This document shows positions 28,457 to 45,389 of a stretch of 64,000 bases of DNA, one piece after another. The translations under genes were made by a program, and so were the position numbers. Origin of the DNA: the human T2T-CHM13v2.0 reference genome, Homo sapiens; assembly GCF_009914755.1 (NCBI RefSeq), contig NC_060946.1; one strand, written 5' to 3'. The notes beneath the pieces were generated by a model. That model was given only the letters and a program-made list of their open reading frames with translations. It did not search any database and was not told the DNA's origin. Each line of letters starts with the position of its first letter. Position 1 is the first letter of the stretch.

Positions 28457-28745
28457 TGGCTCAGGCCTGTAACCCCAGCAAATTTGGAGGCCAAGGCAAG
28501 GGGATCACAAGGTGAAGAGATCAAGACCATCCTGGCCAATACAGTGAAAGGCTGTCACTACTAAAAATCCAAAAAACTAGCTAGGCATGGTGGCAGCTGG
28601 TGTAGTCCCAGTGTGGTGTAGTCCCAGCTACCTGGGAGGCTGAGGGAGGACGATCGCTTGAAGCCGTGAGGCAGATGTTGCAGTGAGCAAAGATGGCGCC
28701 ATTGTACTTCACCCTGTGAAACACAAGACTCTGTCTGAAAAAAAA
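28457..28745 (+). mobile_element. Alu, U12 (subtype A)
   Basis: Copy of the unit Alu. Confidence 0.93.
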
Positions 28746-30307
28746 TTATATATGGTATATACTATATGTTATGGAATATGCTTTATATGTAATATATAAC
28801 CTCATATATATTATATGTCATAATACATAATATTTATCCTATGTCATCTTATATATATTATGTATATTACATAACGTATATAATATATAATACATATTAT
28901 GCATCTTAAATATGAAAATATATAATTATTGATAACATCACATATAGTTATATATAATATGATATATAACGTATATACTATATCATATGTGATATATAAT
29001 ATATATATTTTTATTACATATTATAATTTATATATATTATAATTTATATAAAGATATAATTATTTATGTAATATAAATAATTATATATAATTATATAATG
29101 AGGTATAATATAAATAATAATATATACGATTACATATTTATGTAGTTATCTGTATAAAAACATAATTATATATATAATTATATATATCATATAATAGACA
29201 ACATACATATTATATAATGTATAATATATATTATACAATATATGATACATATATGATATGTAATATATCATAATAGAATATATATTTTAATATTATGTAT
29301 GTAACTTATATTATGTGATATATAATATATATTATGTAATATAAAATAATATAATATAATATATATTATATTATGATATATTATGTAAATTAAGTAATAA
29401 AATTACATATAACATAATATATAGTTATGTATAATATAACGTATAATTATATACGTTATATTTTATATGTACATATAATATTATACAGTTATATATAATT
29501 TTGAATAGTTACATATAATGTAATATAAAACATATATAATGTATATCATAAAATATATATTTTATACCATATATAATATGTATCATCTATTGTGTGTTAT
29601 ATGTCATATATTGTATATCATATATCGTATGTTATATGTTATATATATCACATTCCACATATTGTGTATTATAAATTATATATAATATATGACATACATT
29701 ACATTATATTTGATAAATTATACATTATATGTAACATAGTATATATTATATGTAACATGTATATTCTATGGAAAATATATAATATATAACATATATTACA
29801 TATAATTAATGACATAGACATATAATATATATTTAATATATGTATTATACATACAACATATTGTATATAATATATAACATATATTACATAAAAGTCATAA
29901 AATATATTATATATTGTATGTCATATTTTACATTTACAGTTATATATTATTATATGTTATTTTATCTCATATATAACATAGAAACAATATATATTATATA
30001 TAATGTATATTATATATAACATAGATATAATAGATATAATATATGTAAGGTATATTATATATTTAATACGTATATTAACCATATAATATATTCTATATAT
30101 GAAATATAATATATCTTATATATGTCATAAAATATAACGTATATTATGTGTCATATTGTATAAATATAATGCTTATCTATTATCAATTATTATATGACAT
30201 ATAATATATATAATATAAGACGCAGGATGTAAAACAATATTATATATATGTTATATGTATTATATATACGATACTATATATTATTATATACATAATGTAT
30301 ATTTATA

Positions 30308-30875
30308 TTTGTGGGTGCCCTATTCCCCATCTGATAACTTGTTGTAAGAAGCGCAGCGTAATAATGTGTGGGCTTGGGATTCTGTTTTTGAAACAAAACA
30401 CTGAGCCTTCAATGACCTTTCGGTCTCTGTAAAAGCACTCCTGTCTTCCTGGCAGCTGTTGGACCTCACAATGTGGATTGTGCCCTCACCCTGCAATGTT
30501 GATGCCCTATCGCCATGGTGACGGGATTAGGGATCTCCTGCTCTTGGTCCTAAGGGCCACTGTGTGTGCTGTGTTTTCCAAAGGTCAGAACAGATTGAAC
30601 CTTTGTGGTTTTATTTTCCCTGAGTTTGATTTTCCTCATGGGGAACCTGTGTTGCTGCTTTGAACGTATATTCATACTGGCCTTTCAAATGCCAACTCTT
30701 CATATTACTAGTTAATGCTTTCAAAATATGTTATTTAAAAAATGATCCTCAGTATTGTCCATATGCAGTTATAAATACGTTTCATGGTTATGTTTTATTC
30801 CTCAGTTTACATATTTGATTATTGTACCAAGCAGAGTACCTTTGAAATGTTTTTCCATTTAAAAAATATGAATCT
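30308..30875. repeat. HSATI-type segment, U13
   Basis: Copy of 1282-1849. Confidence 0.8.
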
Positions 30876-31164
30876 TGGCTCAGGCCTGTAACCCCAGCAA
30901 ATTTGGAGGCCAAGGCAAGGGGATCACAAGGTGAAGAGATCAAGACCATCCTGGCCAATACAGTGAAAGGCTGTCACTACTAAAAATCCAAAAAACTAGC
31001 TAGGCATGGTGGCAGCTGGTGTAGTCCCAGTGTGGTGTAGTCCCAGCTACCTGGGAGGCTGAGGGAGGACGATCGCTTGAAGCCGTGAGGCAGATGTTGC
31101 AGTGAGCAAAGATGGCGCCATTGTACTTCACCCTGTGAAACACAAGACTCTGTCTGAAAAAAAA
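30876..31164 (+). mobile_element. Alu, U13 (subtype A)
   Basis: Copy of the unit Alu. Confidence 0.93.
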
Positions 31165-32726
31165 TTATATATGGTATATACTATATGTTATGGAATATGC
31201 TTTATATGTAATATATAACCTCATATATATTATATGTCATAATACATAATATTTATCCTATGTCATCTTATATATATTATGTATATTACATAACGTATAT
31301 AATATATAATACATATTATGCATCTTAAATATGAAAATATATAATTATTGATAACATCACATATAGTTATATATAATATGATATATAACGTATATACTAT
31401 ATCATATGTGATATATAATATATATATTTTTATTACATATTATAATTTATATATATTATAATTTATATAAAGATATAATTATTTATGTAATATAAATAAT
31501 TATATATAATTATATAATGAGGTATAATATAAATAATAATATATACGATTACATATTTATGTAGTTATCTGTATAAAAACATAATTATATATATAATTAT
31601 ATATATCATATAATAGACAACATACATATTATATAATGTATAATATATATTATACAATATATGATACATATATGATATGTAATATATCATAATAGAATAT
31701 ATATTTTAATATTATGTATGTAACTTATATTATGTGATATATAATATATATTATGTAATATAAAATAATATAATATAATATATATTATATTATGATATAT
31801 TATGTAAATTAAGTAATAAAATTACATATAACATAATATATAGTTATGTATAATATAACGTATAATTATATACGTTATATTTTATATGTACATATAATAT
31901 TATACAGTTATATATAATTTTGAATAGTTACATATAATGTAATATAAAACATATATAATGTATATCATAAAATATATATTTTATACCATATATAATATGT
32001 ATCATCTATTGTGTGTTATATGTCATATATTGTATATCATATATCGTATGTTATATGTTATATATATCACATTCCACATATTGTGTATTATAAATTATAT
32101 ATAATATATGACATACATTACATTATATTTGATAAATTATACATTATATGTAACATAGTATATATTATATGTAACATGTATATTCTATGGAAAATATATA
32201 ATATATAACATATATTACATATAATTAATGACATAGACATATAATATATATTTAATATATGTATTATACATACAACATATTGTATATAATATATAACATA
32301 TATTACATAAAAGTCATAAAATATATTATATATTGTATGTCATATTTTACATTTACAGTTATATATTATTATATGTTATTTTATCTCATATATAACATAG
32401 AAACAATATATATTATATATAATGTATATTATATATAACATAGATATAATAGATATAATATATGTAAGGTATATTATATATTTAATACGTATATTAACCA
32501 TATAATATATTCTATATATGAAATATAATATATCTTATATATGTCATAAAATATAACGTATATTATGTGTCATATTGTATAAATATAATGCTTATCTATT
32601 ATCAATTATTATATGACATATAATATATATAATATAAGACGCAGGATGTAAAACAATATTATATATATGTTATATGTATTATATATACGATACTATATAT
32701 TATTATATACATAATGTATATTTATA

Positions 32727-33294
32727 TTTGTGGGTGCCCTATTCCCCATCTGATAACTTGTTGTAAGAAGCGCAGCGTAATAATGTGTGGGCTTGGGATT
32801 CTGTTTTTGAAACAAAACACTGAGCCTTCAATGACCTTTCGGTCTCTGTAAAAGCACTCCTGTCTTCCTGGCAGCTGTTGGACCTCACAATGTGGATTGT
32901 GCCCTCACCCTGCAATGTTGATGCCCTATCGCCATGGTGACGGGATTAGGGATCTCCTGCTCTTGGTCCTAAGGGCCACTGTGTGTGCTGTGTTTTCCAA
33001 AGGTCACAACAGATTGAACCTTTGTGGTTTTATTTTCCCTGAGTTTGATTTTCCTCATGGGGAACCTGTGTTGCTGCTTTGAACGTATATTCATACTGGC
33101 CTTTCAAATGCCAACTCTTCATATTACTAGTTAATGCTTTCAAAATATGTTATTTAAAAAATGATCCTCAGTATTGTCCATATGCAGTTATAAATACGTT
33201 TCATGGTTATGTTTTATTCCTCAGTTTACATATTTGATTATTGTACCAAGCAGAGTACCTTTGAAATGTTTTTCCATTTAAAAAATATGAATCT
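32727..33294. repeat. HSATI-type segment, U14
   Basis: Copy of 1282-1849. Confidence 0.8.
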
Positions 33295-33583
33295 TGGCTC
33301 AGGCCTGTAACCCCAGCAAATTTGGAGGCCAAGGCAAGGGGATCACAAGGTGAAGAGATCAAGACCATCCTGGCCAATACAGTGAAAGGCTGTCACTACT
33401 AAAAATCCAAAAAACTAGCTAGGCATGGTGGCAGCTGGTGTAGTCCCAGTGTGGTGTAGTCCCAGCTACCTGGGAGGCTGAGGGAGGACGATCGCTTGAA
33501 GCCGTGAGGCAGATGTTGCAGTGAGCAAAGATGGCGCCATTGTACTTCACCCTGTGAAACACAAGAGTCTGTCTGAAAAAAAA
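33295..33583 (+). mobile_element. Alu, U14 (subtype A)
   Basis: Copy of the unit Alu. Confidence 0.93.
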
Positions 33584-35145
33584 TTATATATGGTATATAC
33601 TATATGTTATGGAATATGCTTTATATGTAATATATAACCTCATATATATTATATGTCATAATACATAATATTTATCCTATGTCATCTTATATATATTATG
33701 TATATTACATAACGTATATAATATATAATACATATTATGCATCTTAAATATGAAAATATATAATTATTGATAACATCACATATAGTTATATATAATATGA
33801 TATATAACGTATATACTATATCATATGTGATATATAATATATATATTTTTATTACATATTATAATTTATATATATTATAATTTATATAAAGATATAATTA
33901 TTTATGTAATATAAATAATTATATATAATTATATAATGAGGTATAATATAAATAATAATATATACGATTACATATTTATGTAGTTATCTGTATAAAAACA
34001 TAATTATATATATAATTATATATATCATATAATAGACAACATACATATTATATAATGTATAATATATATTATACAATATATGATACATATATGATATGTA
34101 ATATATCATAATAGAATATATATTTTAATATTATGTATGTAACTTATATTATGTGATATATAATATATATTATGTAATATAAAATAATATAATATAATAT
34201 ATATTATATTATGATATATTATGTAAAGTAAGTAATAAAATTACATATAACATAATATATAGTTATGTATAATATAACGTATAATTATATACGTTATATT
34301 TTATATGTACATATAATATTATACAGTTATATATAATTTTGAATAGTTACATATAATGTAATATAAAACATATATAATGTATATCATAAAATATATATTT
34401 TATACCATATATAATATGTATCATCTATTGTGTGTTATATGTCATATATTGTATATCATATATCGTATGTTATATGTTATATATATCACATTCCACATAT
34501 TGTGTATTATAAATTATATATAATATATGACATACATTACATTATATTTGATAAATTATACATTATATGTAACATAGTATATATTATATGTAACATGTAT
34601 ATTCTATGGAAAATATATAATATATAACATATATTACATATAATTAATGACATAGACATATAATATATATTTAATATATGTATTATACATACAACATATT
34701 GTATATAATATATAACATATATTACATAAAAGTCATAAAATATATTATATATTGTATGTCATATTTTACATTTACAGTTATATATTATTATATGTTATTT
34801 TATCTCATATATAACATAGAAACAATATATATTATATATAATGTATATTATATATAACATAGATATAATAGATATAATATATGTAAGGTATATTATATAT
34901 TTAATACGTATATTAATCATATAATATATTCTATATATGAAATATAATATATCTTATATATGTCATAAAATATAACGTATATTATGTGTCATATTGTATA
35001 AATATAATGCTTATCTATTATCAATTATTATATGACATATAATATATATAATATAAGACGCAGGATGTAAAACAATATTATATATATGTTATGTGTATTA
35101 TATATACGATACTATATATTATTATATACATAATGTATATTTATA

Positions 35146-35713
35146 TTTGTGGGTGCCCTATTCCCCATCTGATAACTTGTTGTAAGAAGCGCAGCGTAAT
35201 AATGTGTGGGCTTGGGATTCTGTTTTTGAAACAAAACACTGAGCCTTCAATGACCTTTCGGTCTCTGTAAAAGCACTCCTGTCTTCCTGGCAGCTGTTGG
35301 ACCTCACAATGTGGATTGTGCCCTCACCCTGCAATGTTGATGCCCTATCGCCATGGTGACGGGATTAGGGATCTCCTGCTCTTGGTCCTAAGGGCCACTG
35401 TGTGTGCTGTGTTTTCCAAAGGTCAGAACAGATTGAACCTTTGTGGTTTTATTTTCCCTGAGTTTGATTTTCCTCATGGGGAACCTGTGTTGCTGCTTTG
35501 AACGTATATTCATACTGGCCTTTCAAATGCCAACTCTTCATATTACTAGTTAATGCTTTCAAAATATGTTATTTAAAAAATGATCCTCAGTATTGTCCAT
35601 ATGCAGTTATAAATACGTTTCATGGTTATGTTTTATTCCTCAGTTTACATATTTGATTATTGTACCAAGCAGAGTACCTTTGAAATGTTTTTCCATTTAA
35701 AAAATATGAATCT
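35146..35713. repeat. HSATI-type segment, U15
   Basis: Copy of 1282-1849. Confidence 0.8.
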
Positions 35714-36002
35714 TGGCTCAGGCCTGTAACCCCAGCAAATTTGGAGGCCAAGGCAAGGGGATCACAAGGTGAAGAGATCAAGACCATCCTGGCCAATACA
35801 GTGAAAGGCTGTCACTACTAAAAATCCAAAAAACTAGCTAGGCATGGTGGCAGCTGGTGTAGTCCCAGTGTGGTGTAGTCCCAGCTACCTGGGAGGCTGA
35901 GGGAGGACGATCGCTTGAAGCCGTGAGGCAGATGTTGCAGTGAGCAAAGATGGCGCCATTGTACTTCACCCTGTGAAACACAAGACTCTGTCTGAAAAAA
36001 AA
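35714..36002 (+). mobile_element. Alu, U15 (subtype A)
   Basis: Copy of the unit Alu. Confidence 0.93.
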
Positions 36003-37564
36003 TTATATATGGTATATACTATATGTTATGGAATATGCTTTATATGTAATATATAACCTCATATATATTATATGTCATAATACATAATATTTATCCTATG
36101 TCATCTTATATATATTATGTATATTACATAACGTATATAATATATAATACATATTATGCATCTTAAATATGAAAATATATAATTATTGATAACATCACAT
36201 ATAGTTATATATAATATGATATATAACGTATATACTATATCATATGTGATATATAATATATATATTTTTATTACATATTATAATTTATATATATTATAAT
36301 TTATATAAAGATATAATTATTTATGTAATATAAATAATTATATATAATTATATAATGAGGTATAATATAAATAATAATATATACGATTACATATTTATGT
36401 AGTTATCTGTATAAAAACATAATTATATATATAATTATATATATCATATAATAGACAACATACATATTATATAATGTATAATATATATTATACAATATAT
36501 GATACATATATGATATGTAATATATCATAATAGAATATATATTTTAATATTATGTATGTAACTTATATTATGTGATATATAATATATATTATGTAATATA
36601 AAATAATATAATATAATATATATTATATTATGATATATTATGTAAATTAAGTAATAAAATTACATATAACATAATATATAGTTATGTATAATATAACGTA
36701 TAATTATATACGTTATATTTTATATGTACATATAATATTATACAGTTATATATAATTTTGAATAGTTACATATAATGTAATATAAAACATATATAATGTA
36801 TATCATAAAATATATATTTTATACCATATATAATATGTATCATCTATTGTGTGTTATATGTCATATATTGTATATCATATATCGTATGTTATATGTTATA
36901 TATATCACATTCCACATATTGTGTATTATAAATTATATATAATATATGACATACATTACATTATATTTGATAAATTATACATTATATGTAACATAGTATA
37001 TATTATATGTAACATGTATATTCTATGGAAAATATATAATATATAACATATATTACATATAATTAATGACATAGACATATAATATATATTTAATATATGT
37101 ATTATACATACAACATATTGTATATAATATATAACATATATTACATAAAAGTCATAAAATATATTATACATTGTATGTCATATTTTACATTTACAGTTAT
37201 ATATTATTATATGTTATTTTATCTCATATATAACATAGAAACAATATATATTATATATAATGTATATTATATATAACATAGATATAATAGATATAATATA
37301 TGTAAGGTATATTATATATTTAATACGTATATTAACCATATAATATATTCTATATATGAAATATAATATATCTTATATATGTCATAAAATATAACGTATA
37401 TTATGTGTCATATTGTATAAATATAATGCTTATCTATTATCAATTATTATATGACATATAATATATATAATATAAGACGCAGGATGTAAAACAATATTAT
37501 ATATATGTTATATGTATTATATATACGATACTATATATTATTATATACATAATGTATATTTATA

Positions 37565-38132
37565 TTTGTGGGTGCCCTATTCCCCATCTGATAACTTGTT
37601 GTAAGAAGCGCAGCGTAATAATGTGTGGGCTTGGGATTCTGTTTTTGAAACAAAACACTGAGCCTTCAATGACCTTTCGGTCTCTGTAAAAGCACTCCTG
37701 TCTTCCTGGCAGCTGTTGGACCTCACAATGTGGATTGTGCCCTCACCCTGCAATGTTGATGCCCTATCGCCATGGTGACGGGATTAGGGATCTCCTGCTC
37801 TTGGTCCTAAGGGCCACTGTGTGTGCTGTGTTTTCCAAAGGTCAGAACAGATTGAACCTTTGTGGTTTTATTTTCCCTGAGTTTGATTTTCCTCATGGGG
37901 AACCTGTGTTGCTGCTTTGAACGTATATTCATACTGGCCTTTCAAATGCCAACTCTTCATATTACTAGTTAATGCTTTCAAAATATGTTATTTAAAAAAT
38001 GATCCTCAGTATTGTCCATATGCAGTTATAAATACGTTTCATGGTTATGTTTTATTCCTCAGTTTACATATTTGATTATTGTACCAAGCAGAGTACCTTT
38101 GAAATGTTTTTCCATTTAAAAAATATGAATCT
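37565..38132. repeat. HSATI-type segment, U16
   Basis: Copy of 1282-1849. Confidence 0.8.
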
Positions 38133-38421
38133 TGGCTCAGGCCTGTAACCCCAGCAAATTTGGAGGCCAAGGCAAGGGGATCACAAGGTGAAGAGATCAA
38201 GACCATCCTGGCCAATACAGTGAAAGGCTGTCACTACTAAAAATCCAAAAAACTAGCTAGGCATGGTGGCAGCTGGTGTAGTCCCAGTGTGGTGTAGTCC
38301 CAGCTACCTGGGAGGCTGAGGGAGGACGATCGCTTGAAGCCGTGAGGCAGATGTTGCAGTGAGCAAAGATGGCGCCATTGTACTTCACCCTGTGAAACAC
38401 AAGACTCTGTCTGAAAAAAAA
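38133..38421 (+). mobile_element. Alu, U16 (subtype A)
   Basis: Copy of the unit Alu. Confidence 0.93.
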
Positions 38422-39983
38422 TTATATATGGTATATACTATATGTTATGGAATATGCTTTATATGTAATATATAACCTCATATATATTATATGTCATAAT
38501 ACATAATATTTATCCTATGTCATCTTATATATATTATGTATATTACATAACGTATATAATATATAATACATATTATGCATCTTAAATATGAAAATATATA
38601 ATTATTGATAACATCACATATAGTTATATATAATATGATATATAACGTATATACTATATCATATGTGATATATAATATATATATTTTTATTACATATTAT
38701 AATTTATATATATTATAATTTATATAAAGATATAATTATTTATGTAATATAAATAATTATATATAATTATATAATGAGGTATAATATAAATAATAATATA
38801 TACGATTACATATTTATGTAGTTATCTGTATAAAAACATAATTATATATATAATTATATATATCATATAATAGACAACATACATATTATATAATGTATAA
38901 TATATATTATACAATATATGATACATATATGATATGTAATATATCATAATAGAATATATAATTTAATATTATGTATGTAACTTATATTATGTGATATATA
39001 ATATATATTATGTAATATAAAATAATATAATATAATATATATTATATTATGATATATTATGTAAAGTAAGTAATAAAATTACATATAACATAATATATAG
39101 TTATGTATAATATAACGTATAATTATATACGTTATATTTTATATGTACATATAATATTATACAGTTATATATAATTTTGAATAGTTACATATAATGTAAT
39201 ATAAAACATATATAATGTATATCATAAAATATATATTTTATACCATATATAATATGTATCATCTATTGTGTGTTATATGTCATATATTGTATATCATATA
39301 TCGTATGTTATATGTTATATATATCACATTCCACATATTGTGTATTATAAATTATATATAATATATGACATACATTACATTATATTTGATAAATTATACA
39401 TTATATGTAACATAGTATATATTATATGTAACATGTATATTCTATGGAAAATATATAATATATAACATATATTACATATAATTAATGACATAGACATATA
39501 ATATATATTTAATATATGTATTATACATACAACATATTGTATATAATATATAACATATATTACATAAAAGTCATAAAATATATTATATATTGTATGTCAT
39601 ATTTTACATTTACAGTTATATATTATTATATGTTATTTTATCTCATATATAACATAGAAACAATATATATTATATATAATGTATATTATATATAACATAG
39701 ATATAATAGATATAATATATGTAAGGTATATTATATATTTAATACGTATATTAACCATATAATATATTCTATATATGAAATATAATATATCTTATATATG
39801 TCATAAAATATAACGTATATTATGTGTCATATTGTATAAATATAATGCTTATCTATTATCAATTATTATATGACATATAATATATATAATATAAGACGCA
39901 GGATGTAAAACAATATTATATATATGTTATATGTATTATATATACGATACTATATATTATTATATACATAATGTATATTTATA

Positions 39984-40551
39984 TTTGTGGGTGCCCTATT
40001 CCCCATCTGATAACTTGTTGTAAGAAGCGCAGCGTAATAATGTGTGGGCTTGGGATTCTGTTTTTGAAACAAAACACTGAGCCTTCAATGACCTTTCGGT
40101 CTCTGTAAAAGCACTCCTGTCTTCCTGGCAGCTGTTGGACCTCACAATGTGGATTGTGCCCTCACCCTGCAATGTTGATGCCCTATCGCCATGGTGACGG
40201 GATTAGGGATCTCCTGCTCTTGGTCCTAAGGGCCACTGTGTGTGCTGTGTTTTCCAAAGGTCAGAACAGATTGAACCTTTGTGGTTTTATTTTCCCTGAG
40301 TTTGATTTTCCTCATGGGGAACCTGTGTTGCTGCTTTGAACGTATATTCATACTGGCCTTTCAAATGCCAACTCTTCATATTACTAGTTAATGCTTTCAA
40401 AATATGTTATTTAAAAAATGATCCTCAGTATTGTCCATATGCAGTTATAAATACGTTTCATGGTTATGTTTTATTCCTCAGTTTACATATTTGATTATTG
40501 TACCAAGCAGAGTACCTTTGAAATGTTTTTCCATTTAAAAAATATGAATCT
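39984..40551. repeat. HSATI-type segment, U17
   Basis: Copy of 1282-1849. Confidence 0.8.
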
Positions 40552-40840
40552 TGGCTCAGGCCTGTAACCCCAGCAAATTTGGAGGCCAAGGCAAGGGGAT
40601 CACAAGGTGAAGAGATCAAGACCATCCTGGCCAATACAGTGAAAGGCTGTCACTACTAAAAATCCAAAAAACTAGCTAGGCATGGTGGCAGCTGGTGTAG
40701 TCCCAGTGTGGTGTAGTCCCAGCTACCTGGGAGGCTGAGGGAGGACGATCGCTTGAAGCCGTGAGGCAGATGTTGCAGTGAGCAAAGATGGCGCCATTGT
40801 ACTTCACCCTGTGAAACACAAGACTCTGTCTGAAAAAAAA
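40552..40840 (+). mobile_element. Alu, U17 (subtype A)
   Basis: Copy of the unit Alu. Confidence 0.93.
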
Positions 40841-42402
40841 TTATATATGGTATATACTATATGATATGGAATATGCTTTATATGTAATATATAACCTCAT
40901 ATATATTATATGTCATAATACATAATATTTATCCTATGTCATCTTATATATATTATGTATATTACATAACGTATATAATATATAATACATATTATGCATC
41001 TTAAATATGAAAATATATAATTATTGATAACATCACATATAGTTATATATCATATGATATATAACGTATATACTATATCATATGTGATATATAATATATA
41101 TATTTTTATTACATATTATAATTTATATATATTATAATTTATATAAAGATATAATTATTTATGTAATATAAATAATTATATATAATTATATAATGAGGTA
41201 TAATATAAATAATAATATATACGATTACATATTTATGTAGTTATCTGTATAAAAACATAATTATATATATAATTATATATATCATATAATAGACAACATA
41301 CATATTATATAATGTATAATATATATTATACAATATATGATACATATATGATATGTAATATATCATAATAGAATATATATTTTAATATTATGTATGTAAC
41401 TTATATTATGTGATATATAATATATATTATGTAATATAAAATAATATAATATAATATATATTATATTATGATATATTATGTAAATTAAGTAATAAAATTA
41501 CATATAACATAATATATAGTTATGTATAATATAACGTATAATTATATACGTTATATTTTATATGTACATATAATATTATACAGTTATATATAATTTTGAA
41601 TAGTTACATATAATGTAATATAAAACATATATAATGTATATCATAAAATATATATTTTATACCATATATAATATGTATCATCTATTGTGTGTTATATGTC
41701 ATATATTGTATATCATATATCGTATGTTATATGTTATATATATCACATTCCACATATTGTGTATTATAAATTATATATAATATATGACATACATTACATT
41801 ATATTTGATAAATTATACATTATATGTAACATAGTATATATTATATGTAACATGTATATTCTATGGAAAATATATAATATATAACATATATTACATATAA
41901 TTAATGACATAGACATATAATATATATTTAATATATGTATTATACATACAACATATTGTATATAATATATAACATATATTACATAAAAGTCATAAAATAT
42001 ATTATATATTGTATGTCATATTTTACATTTACAGTTATATATTATTATATGTTATTTTATCTCATATATAACATAGAAACAATATATATTATATATAATG
42101 TATATTATATATAACATAGATATAATAGATATAATATATGTAAGGTATATTATATATTTAATACGTATATTAACCATATAATATATTCTATATATGAAAT
42201 ATAATATATCTTATATATGTCATAAAATATAACGTATATTATGTGTCATATTGTATAAATATAATGCTTATCTATTATCAATTATTATATGACATATAAT
42301 ATATATAATATAAGACGCAGGATGTAAAACAATATTATATATATGTTATATGTATTATATATACGATACTATATATTATTATATACATAATGTATATTTA
42401 TA

Positions 42403-42970
42403 TTTGTGGGTGCCCTATTCCCCATCTGATAACTTGTTGTAAGAAGCGCAGCGTAATAATGTGTGGGCTTGGGATTCTGTTTTTGAAACAAAACACTGAG
42501 CCTTCAATGACCTTTCGGTCTCTGTAAAAGCACTCCTGTCTTCCTGGCAGCTGTTGGACCTCACAATGTGGATTGTGCCCTCACCCTGCAATGTTGATGC
42601 CCTATCGCCATGGTGACGGGATTAGGGATCTCCTGCTCTTGGTCCTAAGGGCCACTGTGTGTGCTGTGTTTTCCAAAGGTCAGAACAGATTGAACCTTTG
42701 TGGTTTTATTTTCCCTGAGTTTGATTTTCCTCATGGGGAACCTGTGTTGCTGCTTTGAACGTATATTCATACTGGCCTTTCAAATGCCAACTCTTCATAT
42801 TACTAGTTAATGCTTTCAAAATATGTTATTTAAAAAATGATCCTCAGTATTGTCCATATGCAGTTATAAATACGTTTCATGGTTATGTTTTATTCCTCAG
42901 TTTACATATTTGATTATTGTACCAAGCAGAGTACCTTTGAAATGTTTTTCCATTTAAAAAATATGAATCT
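42403..42970. repeat. HSATI-type segment, U18
   Basis: Copy of 1282-1849. Confidence 0.8.
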
Positions 42971-43259
42971 TGGCTCAGGCCTGTAACCCCAGCAAATTTG
43001 GAGGCCAAGGCAAGGGGATCACAAGGTCAAGAGATCAAGACCATCCTGGCCAATACAGTGAAAGGCTGTCACTACTAAAAATCCAAAAAACTAGCTAGGC
43101 ATGGTGGCAGCTGGTGTAGTCCCAGTGTGGTGTAGTCCCAGCTACCTGGGAGGCTGAGGGAGGACGATCGCTTGAAGCCGTGAGGCAGATGTTGCAGTGA
43201 GCAAAGATGGCGCCATTGTACTTCACCCTGTGAAACACAAGACTCTGTCTGAAAAAAAA
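42971..43259 (+). mobile_element. Alu, U18 (subtype A)
   Basis: Copy of the unit Alu. Confidence 0.93.
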
Positions 43260-44821
43260 TTATATATGGTATATACTATATGATATGGAATATGCTTTAT
43301 ATGTAATATATAACCTCATATATATTATATGTCATAATACATAATATTTATCCTATGTCATCTTATATATATTATGTATATTACATAACGTATATAATAT
43401 ATAATACATATTATGCATCTTAAATATGAAAATATATAATTATTGATAACATCACATATAGTTATATATAATATGATATATAACGTATATACTATATCAT
43501 ATGTGATATATAATATATATATTTTTATTACATATTATAATTTATATATATTATAATTTATATAAAGATATAATTATTTATGTAATATAAATAATTATAT
43601 ATAATTATATAATGAGGTATAATATAAATAATAATATATACGATTACATATTTATGTAGTTATCTGTATAAAAACATAATTATATATATAATTATATATA
43701 TCATATAATAGACAACATACATATTATATAATGTATAATATATATTATACAATATATGATACATATATGATATGTAATATATCATAATAGAATATATATT
43801 TTAATATTATGTATGTAACTTATATTATGTGATATATAATATATATTATGTAATATAAAATAATATAATATAATATATATTATATTATGATATATTATGT
43901 AAATTAAGTAATAAAATTACATATAACATAATATATAGTTATGTATAATATAACGTATAATTATATACGTTATATTTTATATGTACATATAATATTATAC
44001 AGTTATATATAATTTTGAATAGTTACATATAATGTAATATAAAACATATATAATGTATATCATAAAATATATATTTTATACCATATATAATATGTATCAT
44101 CTATTGTGTGTTATATGTCATATATTGTATATCATATATCGTATGTTATATGTTATATATATCACATTCCACATATTGTGTATTATAAATTATATATAAT
44201 ATATGACATACATTACATTATATTTGATAAATTATACATTATATGTAACATAGTATATATTATATGTAACATGTATATTCTATGGAAAATATATAATATA
44301 TAACATATATTACATATAATTAATGACATAGACATATAATATATATTTAATATATGTATTATACATACAACATATTGTATATAATATATAACATATATTA
44401 CATAAAAGTCATAAAATATATTATATATTGTATGTCATATTTTACATTTACAGTTATATATTATTATATGTTATTTTATCTCATATATAACATAGAAACA
44501 ATATATATTATATATAATGTATATTATATATAACATAGATATAATAGATATAATATATGTAAGGTATATTATATATTTAATACGTATATTAACCATATAA
44601 TATATTCTATATATGAAATATAATATATCTTATATATGTCATAAAATATAACGTATATTATGTGTCATATTGTATAAATATAATGCTTATCTATTATCAA
44701 TTATTATATGACATATAATATATATAATATAAGACGCAGGATGTAAAACAATATTATATATATGTTATATGTATTATATATACGATACTATATATTATTA
44801 TATACATAATGTATATTTATA

Positions 44822-45389
44822 TTTGTGGGTGCCCTATTCCCCATCTGATAACTTGTTGTAAGAAGCGCAGCGTAATAATGTGTGGGCTTGGGATTCTGTT
44901 TTTGAAACAAAACACTGAGCCTTCAATGACCTTTCGGTCTCTGTAAAAGCACTCCTGTCTTCCTGGCAGCTGTTGGACCTCACAATGTGGATTGTGCCCT
45001 CACCCTGCAATGTTGATGCCCTATCGCCATGGTGACGGGATTAGGGATCTCCTGCTCTTGGTCCTAAGGGCCACTGTGTGTGCTGTGTTTTCCAAAGGTC
45101 AGAACAGATTGAACCTTTGTGGTTTTATTTTCCCTGAGTTTGATTTTCCTCATGGGGAACCTGTGTTGCTGCTTTGAACGTATATTCATACTGGCCTTTC
45201 AAATGCCAACTCTTCATATTACTAGTTAATGCTTTCAAAATATGTTATTTAAAAAATGATCCTCAGTATTGTCCATATGCAGTTATAAATACGTTTCATG
45301 GTTATGTTTTATTCCTCAGTTTACATATTTGATTATTGTACCAAGCAGAGTACCTTTGAAATGTTTTTCCATTTAAAAAATATGAATCT
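44822..45389. repeat. HSATI-type segment, U19
   Basis: Copy of 1282-1849. Confidence 0.8.

Noticed and set aside
36956-37171. Unique minus-strand 71-aa ORF in U16
   Set aside because: Created by one private T>C SNP at 37169 that makes an ATG on the minus strand in low-complexity sequence.
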